The position numbers and the translations under genes are program-made. A stretch of 64,000 nucleotides of DNA, taken from the NCBI GenBank assembly GCA_024679065.1, contig JAGIQG010000009.1, forward strand, positions 90,830,001-90,894,000. Direction: 5' to 3'. The notes under the pieces are model-generated. The model had not been told where the DNA came from and made no database searches. It worked only from the letters and a program-made list of their open reading frames with translations. This stretch comes from Sphyrna mokarran (lineage: Eukaryota). Shown piece after piece: positions 34,760-47,336 of this stretch (its first letter is position 1; each line of letters begins with the position of its first letter).

Positions 34760-37700
34760 CAAACACATTGCCATGGATTTGCTGTTACATGAATGCAAAA
34801 GTGAGTAAGGACAGATTTTCTTCTCTAAATTCGAGAGGTTGAGGAGGATATAGGCAGGAGTAACAAAGAGATTGTAACTCCTAAAAGTGATAATTGGGTA
34901 ACTATTAGGAAGAGGGGTAAGAAGCAATCGGGGAGACAATCCCCTGGGGCTGTTCCCCTCCAAAATAAATTTTCTGTCTTGGAGGCTACAGTTGAGGAAG
35001 AATCAACTGGAGCTGACCAAAGGGAGCAGGTCTCTGGGGGTGAGCCTGCTGAGAATGCTCAGGTGGGTGGGGGGAATAAGAGATTAGGCCTAGTTATAGG
35101 AGACTCCATAGTTAGAGGGACAGATAGGAGGGTAAATAGTAATAAACGGGACTCAGGGCTGGTGTGTTGCCTCCCAGGGGCTGGGGTCCAGGATGTCGCA
35201 GATCGGGTTTTTAAGATTCTTAAGGGTGAGGGGAGTCAGCCCCAAGTCATAGTTCATGTGGGGACACATGATGTAGGTAGGACAAGGGAAGGGGATATTA
35301 AACAGAAATTTATGGAGTTAGGGTGGAAGCTTAGGTCCATAACAGGCAGAGTGGTTATCTCTGGACTCTTGCCTGTGCCAAGGGATAGTTTAGAGAAGAA
35401 CAGAGAAAGGGAAAGTTTGAACTCATGGCTGCGTGGATGGTGCAGGAGGGAGGGGTTCAGGTTCCTTAACAATTGGGACTCATTCTGGGATAGGTGGGAC
35501 CTCTTCAAGAGAGATGGTCTACACCTGAACCAGAGGGGGACTAATATCTTGGGGGGAAAATTTGCTAAGGCTATGATGGGAGCTTTAAACTGATTCGGGG
35601 GGGGTGGTGGGATCCTAAGTAGTTGGGGTGCTGAGAGGGATGAGAGTAAGGGGGTTATAGAAGAGAGTTGTAAAACACAGCGGCATACGGGTGGGGTGGG
35701 GCATGGTTTGAAATGCGTATACTTTAATGCAAGGAGTATTCGCAATAAGGGGGAGGAACTTGCAGCTTGGACCAGTACCTGGAACTTCGATGTTGTGGCC
35801 ATTTCAGAGACTTGGGTAGAGCAGGGACAGGAATGGATGTTGCAGGTTCCGGGGTACAAATGCTTTAGTCGGAGTAGAGAAGGAGGTAGAAGGGGGGGAG
35901 GAGTGGCATTATTGGTCAAAGACTGTATCACGGTGATAGAAAAGAAGTTTGATGAGGACTTGTCTGTTGAGGTAGTATGGGCTGAGATTAGAAACAGGAG
36001 AGGAGAGGTCACCCTGTTGGGAGTCTTTTACAGACCTCCTAATAGTTCTAGAGAGGTTGAGGAAAGGATTGCAAAGTCAATTCTGATTAGGAGTGAAAGT
36101 AGTAGGGTAATTGTGATGGGGGACTTTAACTTTGCTAATATTGATTGGAATAGCTATAGCTCTAGCTCGTTAGAGGGGTCAGTTTTCGTACAGAGTGTGC
36201 AGGAAGGTTTTTTGACTCAGTATGTAGATAGGCCAACTAGAGGTGAGGCTACATTGGATTTGGTGCTGGGCAATGAGCCAGACCAGGTGTTAGGCTTGGA
36301 AGTTGGTGAACATTTTGGTGATAGTGACCACAATTCGGTTACGTTCACCTTAGTGATGGATAGGGATAGGCATGAAGCTGGGGGCAGTAGTTATAGCTGG
36401 GGGAAGGGTAATTATGAGGCCATCAGGAGAGAATTAGGGTGCATAGATTGGACTAGGAAACTACAGGGACTGGGAACATCTGGAATGTGGTGCTTATTCA
36501 AGGAGCAGCTGCTGCGAGTCCTTGATAAGTATGTCCCTGTCAGGCAGGGAGGAAATGGTCGAGTAAGAGAGCCTTGGTGTACGAAAAAAGTTGATTTGCT
36601 GGTTAAGAAGAAAAAGGAGGCTTATGTCAGGATGAGGCTTGAAGGCTCAGTTAGTGCAATGGATAGCTATAGATTAGCCAGGAAGGAGCTAAAAAGTGAA
36701 TTGAGGAGAGCTAAGAGGGGACACGAGAAGATGTTGGCTGATAGGATTAAGGAGAATCCTAAAGCTTTCTTTCGATATGTTAAGAATAGAACATTGGTTA
36801 GGGCAAGATTAGGGCCACTCAGACAGCAGTGGGAAGTTGTGCGTGGAGCCTGAAGAGATTGGTGAGGCACTGAATAAATATTTCTCTTCGGTATTCACGC
36901 AGAGTGCTGGAAATGTAGCTATGGAGAACACTGAGGTACAGGGTTGCAAATTGGGAAGTATTGTAGTAGATAGGGAGGATGTGTTAGAAATTCTCGAGGG
37001 TTTGAAGTTGGATAAGTCCCCTGGGCCGGACGGGATTTACCTAGGATTCTCTGGGAGGCAAGAGAGGAGATTGCAGAGCCTCTGGCTCTGATCTTCAGGT
37101 CCTCGTTGGTTACGGGTGTGGTTCCGGAGGACTGGAGGATAGCGAATGTGGTCCCATTGTTTAAGAAGGGGAAGAGAGACCTTCCAGGGAATTATAGGCC
37201 AGTGAGTCTTACTTCTGTTGTGGGCAAGGTATTGGAGAGAATTATTAGGGATAGGATTTATAGTTATTTAGAGAGAAATGAATTGATTGGGGATAGTCAG
37301 CATGGTTTCGTGAAGGGTAGGTCATGCCTTACTAACCTCATTGAGTTTTTTGAGAAAGTGACCAAAGAGGTGGATGGGGGTAAGGCGGTTGATGTAGTAT
37401 ATATGGACTTTAGTAAGGCGTTTGATAAGGTGGCCCATGGAAGACTTCTACAGAAAATGCAGATGTGTGGAATAGAGGGTGATTTAGCTAATTGGATTAG
37501 GAATTGGCTGGCAGATAGAAGACAGAGGGTGGTGGTTGATGGGAGATATTCATCGTGGAGTTCGGTGACAAGTGGTGTGCCTCAGGGGTCTGTTTTGGGG
37601 CCCCTGCTGTTTGTAATTTTTATAAATGATCTGGATGAGGGTATTGAGGGATGGATCAGTAAATTTGCAGATGATACTAAAGTTGGTGGTGTGGTAGATA

Positions 37701-38558
37701 GTGAAGAGGGGTGTTTTAGTTTACAGAGTGACTTGGACAAGTTGCAGAGCTGGGCCGAGAGGTGGCAAATGGAGTTTAATGTGGAAAAGTGTGAGGTAAT
37801 GCACTTTGGCAGGAACAATAAATGTGTAGAGTATAGGGCTAATGGTAGGGCTCTTAATAGTGTTGAGGAACAGAAGGATCTTGGTGTATGTGTCAATAGA
37901 TCCCTGAAAGTAGGCAGTCAAGTGGATAAAGTTGTTAAGAAGGCATATGGAGTCTTAGCTTTTATTGGTAGGGGGATTGAATTAGGAGCCGCAGCATCAT
38001 GTTGCAACTGTACAAAACTCTAGTGCGGCCGCACTTGGAGTATTGTGTGCAGTTCTGGTCCCCACATTATAAGAAAGATGTGGAGGCATTGGAGAGGGTA
38101 CAGAGGAGGTTTACCAGGATGTTGCCTGGTATGGAGGGCAGGTCCTATGAAGAGAGGTTGAAGGATTTGAGGTTGTTTTCGTTAGAAAGGAGGCGGCTAA
38201 GAGGGGATCTTATTGAAGCATATAAGATGATTAGAGGTTTAGATAGGGTGGACAGTGATAGCCTTTTTCCTAGGATGGAGAAAGCTAGCACGAGGGGACA
38301 CAGCTTTAAATTAAGGGGTATGAGTTATAGGACGGATATCAGAGGTAGGTTCTTTACTCAAAGAGTGATTAGGGAGTGGAATGCCCTGCCTGCAGCTGTT
38401 GTAGATGCGCCAAGTTTGGTGGCGTTTAAGAGGTTAATTGATAAGTATATGGAAGAGAAGGGAATGGTTTAGTTTGGAGGGGCATTGCTTTTTATTTTGG
38501 TCGGCACAACATCGAAGGCCGAAGGGCCTGTTCTGTGCTGTATTGTTCTATGTTCTAT
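34760..38558 (+). mobile_element. CR1 LINE, 5'-truncated within ORF1 (esterase) with nearly intact ORF2
   Basis: 34979-35593 encodes an SGNH esterase (GDSIVRG, HVGTHD, DGLHLN). 35696-38472 encodes APE-RT with FADDTK and about 3 frameshifts. The short 3' UTR ends (TTCTATG)n. Confidence 0.93.
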
Positions 38559-38724
38559 ATTAGTGAACCAAATGGGTTTTTACAACAATTGACAATGACT
38601 TCATAGTCACTACTACACTTTTAATTCCAGATTTTTATGGATTCAAATTTACTAAAAATTTGAACTCAGTTACCTTGGATCTCTGGATTACCCCTGGTGA
38701 CAATACCATTATGTTACAGTTTCT

Positions 38725-40165
38725 CTATGTCTTTTTCTCTCAGTAGCTAGAGTTGCTGCCCAAAATTCTTTCCCTCTTTCTATCTGTCCCAGTGTCTTGC
38801 TTCTCTCTCAGTCTCTTGATCTCTAATTCTGTTTCCCTCTGTATCTGTTTCCCTCCCTCTCTTCACTAGTCTAGATTCTCATCTCCCTTTTTCTCAGTAT
38901 TTAAAAAGTTTGTAAACTTTTCCAAACTGTTATAGAAGTATTTATAAAATTTGTAACAGTTTGGAAGATTCATTTGCTGAAGTTGGACGAAGGCTCTTTC
39001 TCTTCACTTTCAGAATTCTTGTCTGACAATGAAATTCGACAGTCTCCCACTCATGGGATGACCAACCATTCCCGCTATCTAGAGTTGCACTCTGCTTCTT
39101 TTCCCACCACCAATCTCAATGTCAGAAAATTCAGTTGGGCCCAAAACCTTTTCAATGTCAGCCTGACAACATGGATTTGACAGAACATGTAGTCCAGAGA
39201 CGGGAAGTATGTGCAAATGTGGCTACAAACCAGAACAGAGATTAAAGGAACTTAGATTGGCAAATGATGGGAATTTGTATCATCACTGGATCACTGTATA
39301 TTGGACTCAGAAATAGGATTTAATAATTTGAGGATTTGAAATTTTCTGCAGTAGCTTTTTGCAATGAAACGATTTTCAAAGTTTCTCTTCAGAATTTTCA
39401 TTCTGTGAGAAGATTAACTATCCTAATAGCACACTAATGTGCTGAAATGAATATTCCTGTTGTCGACATTTATTTATACAGATTTAGTACACCTGTCTGC
39501 ATTGGTATAATTCAACCTTGGATATCACATTAGTGATCAGATTTAAAGATGGTATAATGTGCATACATACCCATGTGTCTGATAAGACCCAGTGAATACA
39601 TAAAATAACATTATATAAAATTGTTTAAATACATGGAATTTTATATTTGTATAATGTGTTGTATGTTTATCTTTAATTTGTGTATTTTGATAATTAAATT
39701 TACTGATGCTGTTTTGTTTTTGTGGAACCTAGAATCACATCAATTCTCAAATGTTAAAATAAAAGTTACATTGCAAACAGTTTGGGAAGCATTGGTCTGG
39801 GGTCTCTGGGTCTCGTATTTCAATTTTCTCCTCAGTCTCAGTCTCTCTGAGTCTGTATCTCCCTCGCTTTCTTTATGTCTCAACGTGTCTAGATTTTCTC
39901 TGTCTCCCTGTGCGGTGTCTGTCTCTCTCAAATCACTTCTTCCTTGAATTTATTCTTAAGGTTCTGAGTCTATATCTTTGTTTCTCTGTCTTTTTGTCCT
40001 AGTGTTTAGTGTTTCCGTCTCAGATTCTCTCCCTTGCTCTCTCTATAAACATTCCGCCTCTCTTTCGGTTTCTATGCCTCCATTTTTGTCTCGTCCTATA
40101 CATTTGTCTCCCGTCCCTCTCTTCAGTCTTTCTTCTTTGTTCCTTCTGCTCTTTTTCAGCATTTA
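38725..40165. repeat. Two CT-rich low-complexity tracts (38725-38895, 39800-40160)
   Basis: Polypyrimidine (TC)n-like sequence. Confidence 0.7.
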
Positions 40166-42349
40166 AGACATTTATAAACTTTTATAACAGTTTGGAAAAG
40201 TATTTATAAAGTTGAGAACTGTTGAAATAGTGACAGAACTATTTCAATACATCTGCAAACATAACAAAAAGCAGCTGCCATTAAGTCATCACAGATCCCA
40301 AAGAGGCGTGTCTTCCTTTCATCATATCAGCGAAGAGTGTGGTCTTAGTGACAAGACTTGTTTGTTATGAGCCAGACCCTGCAGTAAGAGGAGGGAATTC
40401 CCACTGCAACTCATGACTTTATTTTACATTTCGATTTCCAGAAAGCTTTCAGCCAAATACTGCTGAGTAGATACGTAACTAAGGTCAGAACATATAAAGT
40501 GCTATTGATAGCAAAGCTGACTACAAAACAAAGAGACATTAAAAAGGTAGCTAGTTCGATTGGCAAGTCACGAGAACTGGTATTCCATAAAGATCAGTGC
40601 AGGAACACGGTACATCACCATTTATACAAACGATTTGATTTCAGACATATGATCTCAGTTTGAACGTGAAGCCAATTAGAGTGGTGTAACTAATTTTGAG
40701 AAGAACTAATAAAGAATACGGAGACATTTAAAAAGACCCAGCAGATTGATATTCATTCGGCAATTACACAATCCATCTAGAGAACTGAGGTAATGGCTGG
40801 GATCAGCCAGAAGAGGCACGGAAGGAACAACTGGAAGAGTTGGGTGAGCCTGTGGTGGTGTGGGGTATGTGGTGGGATACAGCAGGGAAGAAGGGTCCCT
40901 GGGAAATGAACTGGACGGGCCAGGAAAGGCAAGAGAATCTGCAAAACCTGGGTGAATTTTGTGGGATGAAAAGTTGGAAAAAAACTAGGGAAGCCAGAGT
41001 GAAGAATATTCCATGTTTGAATCAGTTTAGCATGGTACCGGTATGTATCTTTATCAATGTAACTGTGACGATGTACATTTTATCTCTGTATTCTTTTTGA
41101 CGTGTTTGCAGCCTTTGATTCAGTTGATCACATCATCCTCATATGCAGCTGGGTAGGAATGCAGTTACCTTATCCATTCTTTTATATCCCATCATAGTCA
41201 CAAACTCATTTGCAACCCATACTGTTGTTCCTGATGTTCCCCAGGGATCTATGCTTATCCCCACACTGTATCCTAGATTAAATGTGAGAATTGTCAGTGG
41301 ATTGGATTTGAGTTGGGGTTTGATGGTGGGGTTTTAAGTTAACATTGCCTGGAATTGTTGCATTACAAATTTCTCCAGATTCCAGTCTGACCTCTGGAGT
41401 TGGAGCAGTGTAAGCATCCTCTGCTTTTCAGCTTTACAGACTTTTCCTGTAAGTTATGTTTGGCCTAATATGAATGGAATGGGGCAATTTCAGAATCATC
41501 ACCCAGCAGAAGAGGCATGGGAGACTGACAAACTTATAGCTGAGTATATGGATAGGATTGTGTGCAGACTATCTGCTCCTAGTCAACGTACCAGCAGCAC
41601 TTCTGTTACCACACCCAATGGCAACTGAAAGTGAAAGAGTTCTGATGTGCCCGAGTCATGCTGTTGTGATCAGAATAGTACTGAGGGGATTTCCAGGCCA
41701 ACAGTCCCTGTTTACCAAAGTGAATCAATCCCCTTAATTCATCCCTCTTCTCTTTACTTCCTTACTGTTTTCCTCCTTTTAATGCCTCAATTTTTCTACC
41801 AACTTTACCCTTTTTAATTTTCAGATTCTTCCCAATTGCTTTTCTTTTTAATTTGCTTTGGTTAGATTTTTTTTTAAAATATAGTCGCTATTTTTCCTCA
41901 TTACTATGCCTCCCTATCTCCGGGAAAGGTTAAGTGTCATCATCTCATTCGCCAATTAAAAACATTTTTTTTCCCCCTCATAACTCAAATGGGAATGTAA
42001 AGGAACTAACTTGCACTGTCAGGTACACAATACACTGCCAGGCCCAATCCTCCGCTCAGCCTCTCTCATTCTGACACTGGAACAAGGGTCCCTAAATCTG
42101 ACATACAATAAAAAAAACAGTGGGGTCCCTTGTATTATCAGTGCTGGAACAGTACCCTCCTATTTTTGAAGTATTTGCTTATCTTTTGGACTATGGACTT
42201 CTATCACTCAGAAGATTTGGAGTTTGTTTTTCCACACAAGTAACGTGATCTATTTACATCCTTAGCATGTACCAAAAACACCTCCCAGTTTATTTTAAAT
42301 GGAGTCACTGTTCTTGCATTCAGTTAACTACCCCAGCTAATCCCACAAT

Positions 42350-42730
42350 CCGGAAGCTTGCATTTTCAATATTGCAGAAAGCACTCCCTCCGACCCCCGG
42401 GGGCGCTGCAGACGAAGGTGCACGTTTACGAGTGCGCACCTTTAAATCCAGCGCCCCCTGACGACTACTCCAGCTCGCGCGAGCTCTCAAGAGTCGAACT
42501 ACCAGACATTGAGCGCCAACCGCCCCTACGCGCGCCCGAGAAGCGGGTCAACGCGTCAGGACTACAATTCCCATCAGGCATCGCGGTCCACGTATCTCGA
42601 TTCCACGCTGACAGTCCTACTGTCAGGCAGGCGTGGGGCGCCATGAAGCATGGATAATGTAGTTCCGACCGGCTGAACATCTGGCTCCACAGAGCCTGCG
42701 CAGGATCACGCGACGCAACTGTTGGAATCA
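42350..42730. promoter_or_regulatory. CpG island / orphan housekeeping-type promoter
   Basis: Sharp CpG enrichment in an otherwise CpG-depleted window. ACTACAATTCCCATCAGGCA (42561-42580) and an opposite-strand ACTACATTATCCATGC (42648-42663) match the ZNF143/THAP11 SBS motif. CTCF-like GGGGGCGCTG occurs on both strands. Confidence 0.7.
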
Positions 42731-44384
42731 GTACAGCTGGGTATCCACATCTAGAAGACCAGTAATCACCTCAAAAACATCAGCAAGGTGGATATCCACA
42801 TCAAGAAAATCGGTAATCACCTCAAAAACATTAGCAAGGTGAATAGCCACACCAAGAAGATCAATAATCACCTCAAAAACGCCAGCAGTGTGGGAATTCA
42901 CCATGAAGATCGCTAACCATGTCAAAAACACCAGCAAAGTGGGCATTAACATGAAAATTGTTTTTTCATGTCTCAAAAACATGAACAAGGTGGGGGTGGG
43001 GGGATGATTCATACAGAAAACAGTCATCACTTCAAACAATACCTGCAAGCTGGGATTCACACTTTGAAGATTGATGACCATCTCAAAAACACAAAAAGCA
43101 TGGAGATTCACACCAAGAAGAACAGTAACCACCCCAAAAACACCAGCAGTGTGTGGATTCACATCATGGTGACCAGTAACCATCTCAAAAACACCAGCAA
43201 GGTGGATATTCACACCATGAAGATCAGTAAACAGCTCAGAAACACAGCAATGTTGGGATTCACATCATGGTGACCAATAATCATCTCAATAACACCAACA
43301 AGTTTGGCATTCATACCATGAAGTGCAGTAATTACCTCATAATCCAACTCAGCAATTACTACTCACCAGTCAACTCTTAGTTTGGGCAAAGTAGATATTA
43401 ATATCATGAAGATTGATAACCATCTCAAAAATACCAGCAAGTTGGATATTCACATTGTGAAGACTCAGACCACCTCAAAATACTAACATGCTGAGGACTC
43501 ATAAATGAAGACCAGTAATCACCTCAAAAACACCAGTAGCATGGAGATTCACACCATGAAGACCAGTGACCACCCCAAAAATATCAGCAAGGTAGTTCAC
43601 ACCATGAAGATCAATTATGTCAAACAACAGCAAGTCTTATTTCATGAAGACTACTAACCACTTCAAAAAAAAGGTAGCTATTCACACCATGAAGATTGTT
43701 ATCAATCTCAAAAACACCATCAAGGCAATGATTTATATCATGAACAAAGAACAACAAAAATTACAGTACAGGAACAGGTCCTTTGGCTCTCCAAGCCCGC
43801 ATCGATCATGCTGCCCATGTGATCTAAAACCCCCTAAAACTCCTTCTGGGGACCATATCCCTCTATTCCCATTCTATTCATGTATTTGTCCAGACACCCC
43901 TTTTGAAAGTCACTATCATATCTGCTTCCACTTCCTCTCCGGCAGTGATTTCCAGGCACCCACCACCGTACAGCTCCTTTAAATCTTGCCCTTCGCACCT
44001 TAAACCTATACCCCCAGTAATTCACTCTTCCATCCTGGGAAAAAGCTTTGACTATCCGCTTTGACCATGCCCTTCATAATCCTGTAGACTTCTATCAGGT
44101 CTCCTCTCAACCTCCATTGCTCCAGTGAGAACAAACCAAGTTTCTCTAACCTCTCCTCGTAGCTAATGTGCACCATACCAGGCAACATCCTAGGAAATCA
44201 TTTCTGTATCCTCTTCAAAGCCTCCACATCCTTCTGGTAGTATGGCAACCAGAATTGAACACTACATTCCAGAACAGCCTAACTAAAGTTCTCTAAAGCT
44301 GCAATATAACTTGCCAATTTTTAAACTCAATGCCTTGGCTGATGAAGGCAGCCATGCCATATGCCTTCTTGACTACCTTCTGTG

Positions 44385-44655
44385 AGTGACATGGTGGCAC
44401 AGTGGTTAGCATTGCTGCCTCATTGTGCCAGGGACCCAGGTTTGATTCAGGGCTTGGGTCACTGTCTGTGTGGAGTTTGTGTGTTTTTCCGGTGTCTGCG
44501 TGGGTTTCTTCCAGCTTTCTCCCACAGTCTGAAAGACATGCTGGTTAGGTGCATTGACCCGAACAGGTGCCAGAGGGTGGCGACTAGGGGAATTTTATAG
44601 TAGCTTCATAGCGGTGTTAATGTAAGCCTTACTTGTGACTAATAAATAAACTTTA
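44385..44655 (+). mobile_element. tRNA/V-domain SINE, alternative tail
   Basis: GGTGGCACAGTGGTTAGCATTGCTGCCTCA..GGTTTGATTC head, V-domain and a tail ending AATAAATAAAC. Confidence 0.8.
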
Positions 44656-44970
44656 CTTCCGGCTGTGTTACCATTTTCAGTGACCAGTGTACCTGTACAC
44701 CCAGATTTTCTGCTTATCAATACTGTTGAGGGTTCTGCCATTTACCATGTGTTTCCCATTTAAATTAGACCTTCTAAAATGCACTACCTCACATTTGACT
44801 GGATTAAACTCCATCTCCCATCTCTCTCCCAAGTCTCCAAACAATCTATATTGTGCTGTATCCTCTGATGGTCCTCATCATAAGCCACAATTCCACCAAC
44901 CTTTGTGTTGTCCTAACTTAGGAAACAAACCAGTTGCATTTTCCTCCAAATTATTTATATATATTTTAAC

Positions 44971-45470
44971 AAAGAACAAAACAGCACGGGAAACAGGCCC
45001 TTCGGCCCAACAAGTCCACGCTGCCACCTCGATGTTCCCACTTCTACCCATGATCCCTGTCTATGTTTATAGATCTATGGATTAAAAACCAAATTTGAGA
45101 CAATTTAGGGAGAATTTGTTTTGCCAGTTAGCCTAAGAGCACATCTTTGGGATGTGGGAGGAAACCAGAGCACTCAGAAAACCCACACAAGCACAGGGAG
45201 AATGCGCAAACTCCCACAGAAACAGGCCCAAATCCATAGTGACTGAGCTGTCATGTTGCCCATCAAATGGTCCAGGTCAAGCATATACTAACGACGTGAA
45301 GCACTAGAATACTCTCGAAAAAAATCCAAGAGCAGCCCTCTCATGACCCATCGCATGTATGCCCCTCGTTAGACAACAAGGTGGACCAAAGCACCTGTAG
45401 GATAAAAACAAGTACATCAATATCATCATCTAGTTACACACTTCCCAGGGTCTCCCAAGGCTCATGACCC
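44971..45470 (-). mobile_element. 3' UTR copy of the SINE-tailed CR1 family, nested in an older CR1
   Basis: Reverse complement of ~12537-13060. Confidence 0.88.
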
Positions 45471-46499
45471 CTATTTTAAATCCTCTAAATAATTTAAATA
45501 TTTGGAACAGCAAAAAACCCAACACCGATCCCTGAGGAACACCAGTAGTCCCAGCCCTCCATTCAGAAATGCATCCTTCTCTGCTACCCTCTGCCTTCTA
45601 TGACTGAGCCAGTTCTGTATCCATCTTGCCAGCTCACCTCTGAACCCATGTGACCACCTTCTGTGCCAGTCTGCCATTAGGGACCTTGTCAAAGGTTTTA
45701 CTGAAGTCCATGTAGACAATATCCACTAGCCTCAATCATCTTCATCATTTCCTTGAAAAACCCCTATCATATTAGTGAGACATGACCTCCCCTTTCCAAA
45801 CCATGTTTCCTCTTGCTAATACATCCACTTTTTTCCAAGTAGGAGTAAATACTGTCTCAAAGAATCCTCTCCAATAATTCCCGACATAAGGCTCACTGGC
45901 CTGCAATTATCAGATTAACCTTGCTACCCTTCTTAAACAGAAGAACAACATTGGCTGTTTCCCAGTCTTCCGGAATCTCCCCTGTAGTCAGTGAGGATAT
46001 GAAAATTTCTCTCAAGGCACAGCAATTTCCTACCCTGCTTCTCTCAGGATGTATCCCATCAGGCCCTGAGGATTTGTCTACCTTAATGTTTTTCCAAGAT
46101 TCCCAATACCTCCTTTATAATCTTAACATGATCCAAACTATCCACATTCTCTTCCCCAGACTCATCAACCACCAAGTCCTTCTCTTTGGTGAATACTGAC
46201 ACAAAGTACTCATTTAATAGCTTACCCATTTTCTCTGGCTCCATGAAGTGATTCCCTTCCCTGTTCTTGAGTAGGCCAACCCTCTCCCTGGTTTTTCTCT
46301 TGCTCTTTATATAAAAGTCATGAGATTTTCTTTAATCTTGCTGGGCAATTACTTTTCGTGACCTGTTTTTGCCTGCCCGCTCCTTTTAAGTTCCTTTCTA
46401 CTTTCAAGATCAATGATCATCTCAAAAGTACTAGCAAGGGGAGTATTAATATTATGAAGACTGTGAACACCTGAAAAGTATTAACAACGTTGGATTCAA

Positions 46500-47336
46500 C
46501 AACAACACAGCACAGGAAACAGGTTCTTCGGCCCTATAAGCCCACACCGCCCATTTTAACATTCAATGAGTATCTCATTCCAATCTTTCTTCTACCTTTG
46601 ACTTTTGTCTACATCTAGTGGACTCACAATAAAGGGATGCAAATTTAGGGAATTATATGTGTGCCAGATTAAGGGAGATCCAATTTAGGGACAATTAATT
46701 AACACCAATCAGCCTAAAAGCATGTTTTTGGAGTGTGGGAGGAAACCAGAGCACCTGGAGAAAACCCATGCAAGCATGGGGAGAATGTGCAAACTCTCAC
46801 AGACACTGACCCAAGCCGGAAATTCGACTCAGGTCCCAGTAACTACAGCAAACAGTGATAGTCACTGAGCTGTCATGTTGCCCATCAATTGGTCCAGTTT
46901 AAGCATACTCTAATGATGTGAAGCACTAGGCAACTCTCGAAACAACATCCAAGAGCAGCCCCTGCACGACGCACCGCATGTATGCCCCTTGTTGGCCAAC
47001 AAGACAGACTGAATCGCCTGAGGATGTGAAAAAGAGACATCAATAAACATACAACAGCCTACGCAAACATTAATGGAAAATCCCCAATAGCTCCAATGCA
47101 AAGAGACAGGTGAGCCATAAAATTTGTTGGACGGCCGATAGGAATCTATTAATTCCCAGTAACGTCCTGAGGCTCTTGATCCTCAACTAGAACATTCTTT
47201 TGTATCCCTCCATCTCTAGTCTGCTCATGTGCCTATCTAGGTAAGTCTTAAACAACCCTAGCATGTCTGCCTCCACCACCCTACTTGGCAGTGCATTCCA
47301 GGTCCCCCCAACCCTCTGTGTGAAAAACATCCCTCT
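46500..47336 (-). mobile_element. Diverged subfamily of the SINE-tailed CR1 (ORF2 ends MEGYKRMF*)
   Basis: CR1 ORF2 C-terminus at 47187-47336, then a homologous UTR domain, a better-preserved tRNA-like head, the V-domain and a CR1-type tail. Confidence 0.8.

Larger units (their letters stand above)
31388..39794 (+). mobile_element. Ancient hAT (Charlie/Buster-type) DNA transposon remnant with nested insertions
   Basis: TIR-like CAGTTGTTCTCAAA (31388) and TTTGGGAAGCATTG (39781-39794). Transposase remnants: CMNGFPTMAGHKSGMRALIK (cf. CTDGAPAM.G.KSG), VVNYLK and FPTTNL (cf. F.TTYLCE). No convincing TSD. Confidence 0.5.
43745..46400 (-). mobile_element. CR1 LINE (truncated, decayed) with nested SINEs
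   Basis: ORF remnants MLPGMVHISYEERLEKLGLFSLE and ELARWIQNWLSHRRQRV; CR1 tail at 43745-43830. Confidence 0.85.

Noticed and set aside
35254-36012. 252-aa minus-strand ORF and similar antisense ORFs over CR1 elements
   Set aside because: These are shadow ORFs antisense to CR1 ORF1/ORF2 with no independent protein features.
42728-43273. C2H2 zinc-finger or other repeat-protein gene
   Set aside because: The period is 17 aa, not 28. There is no CxxC/HxxxH pattern, and frameshifts and stops occur between units. Kept only as a repeat finding.
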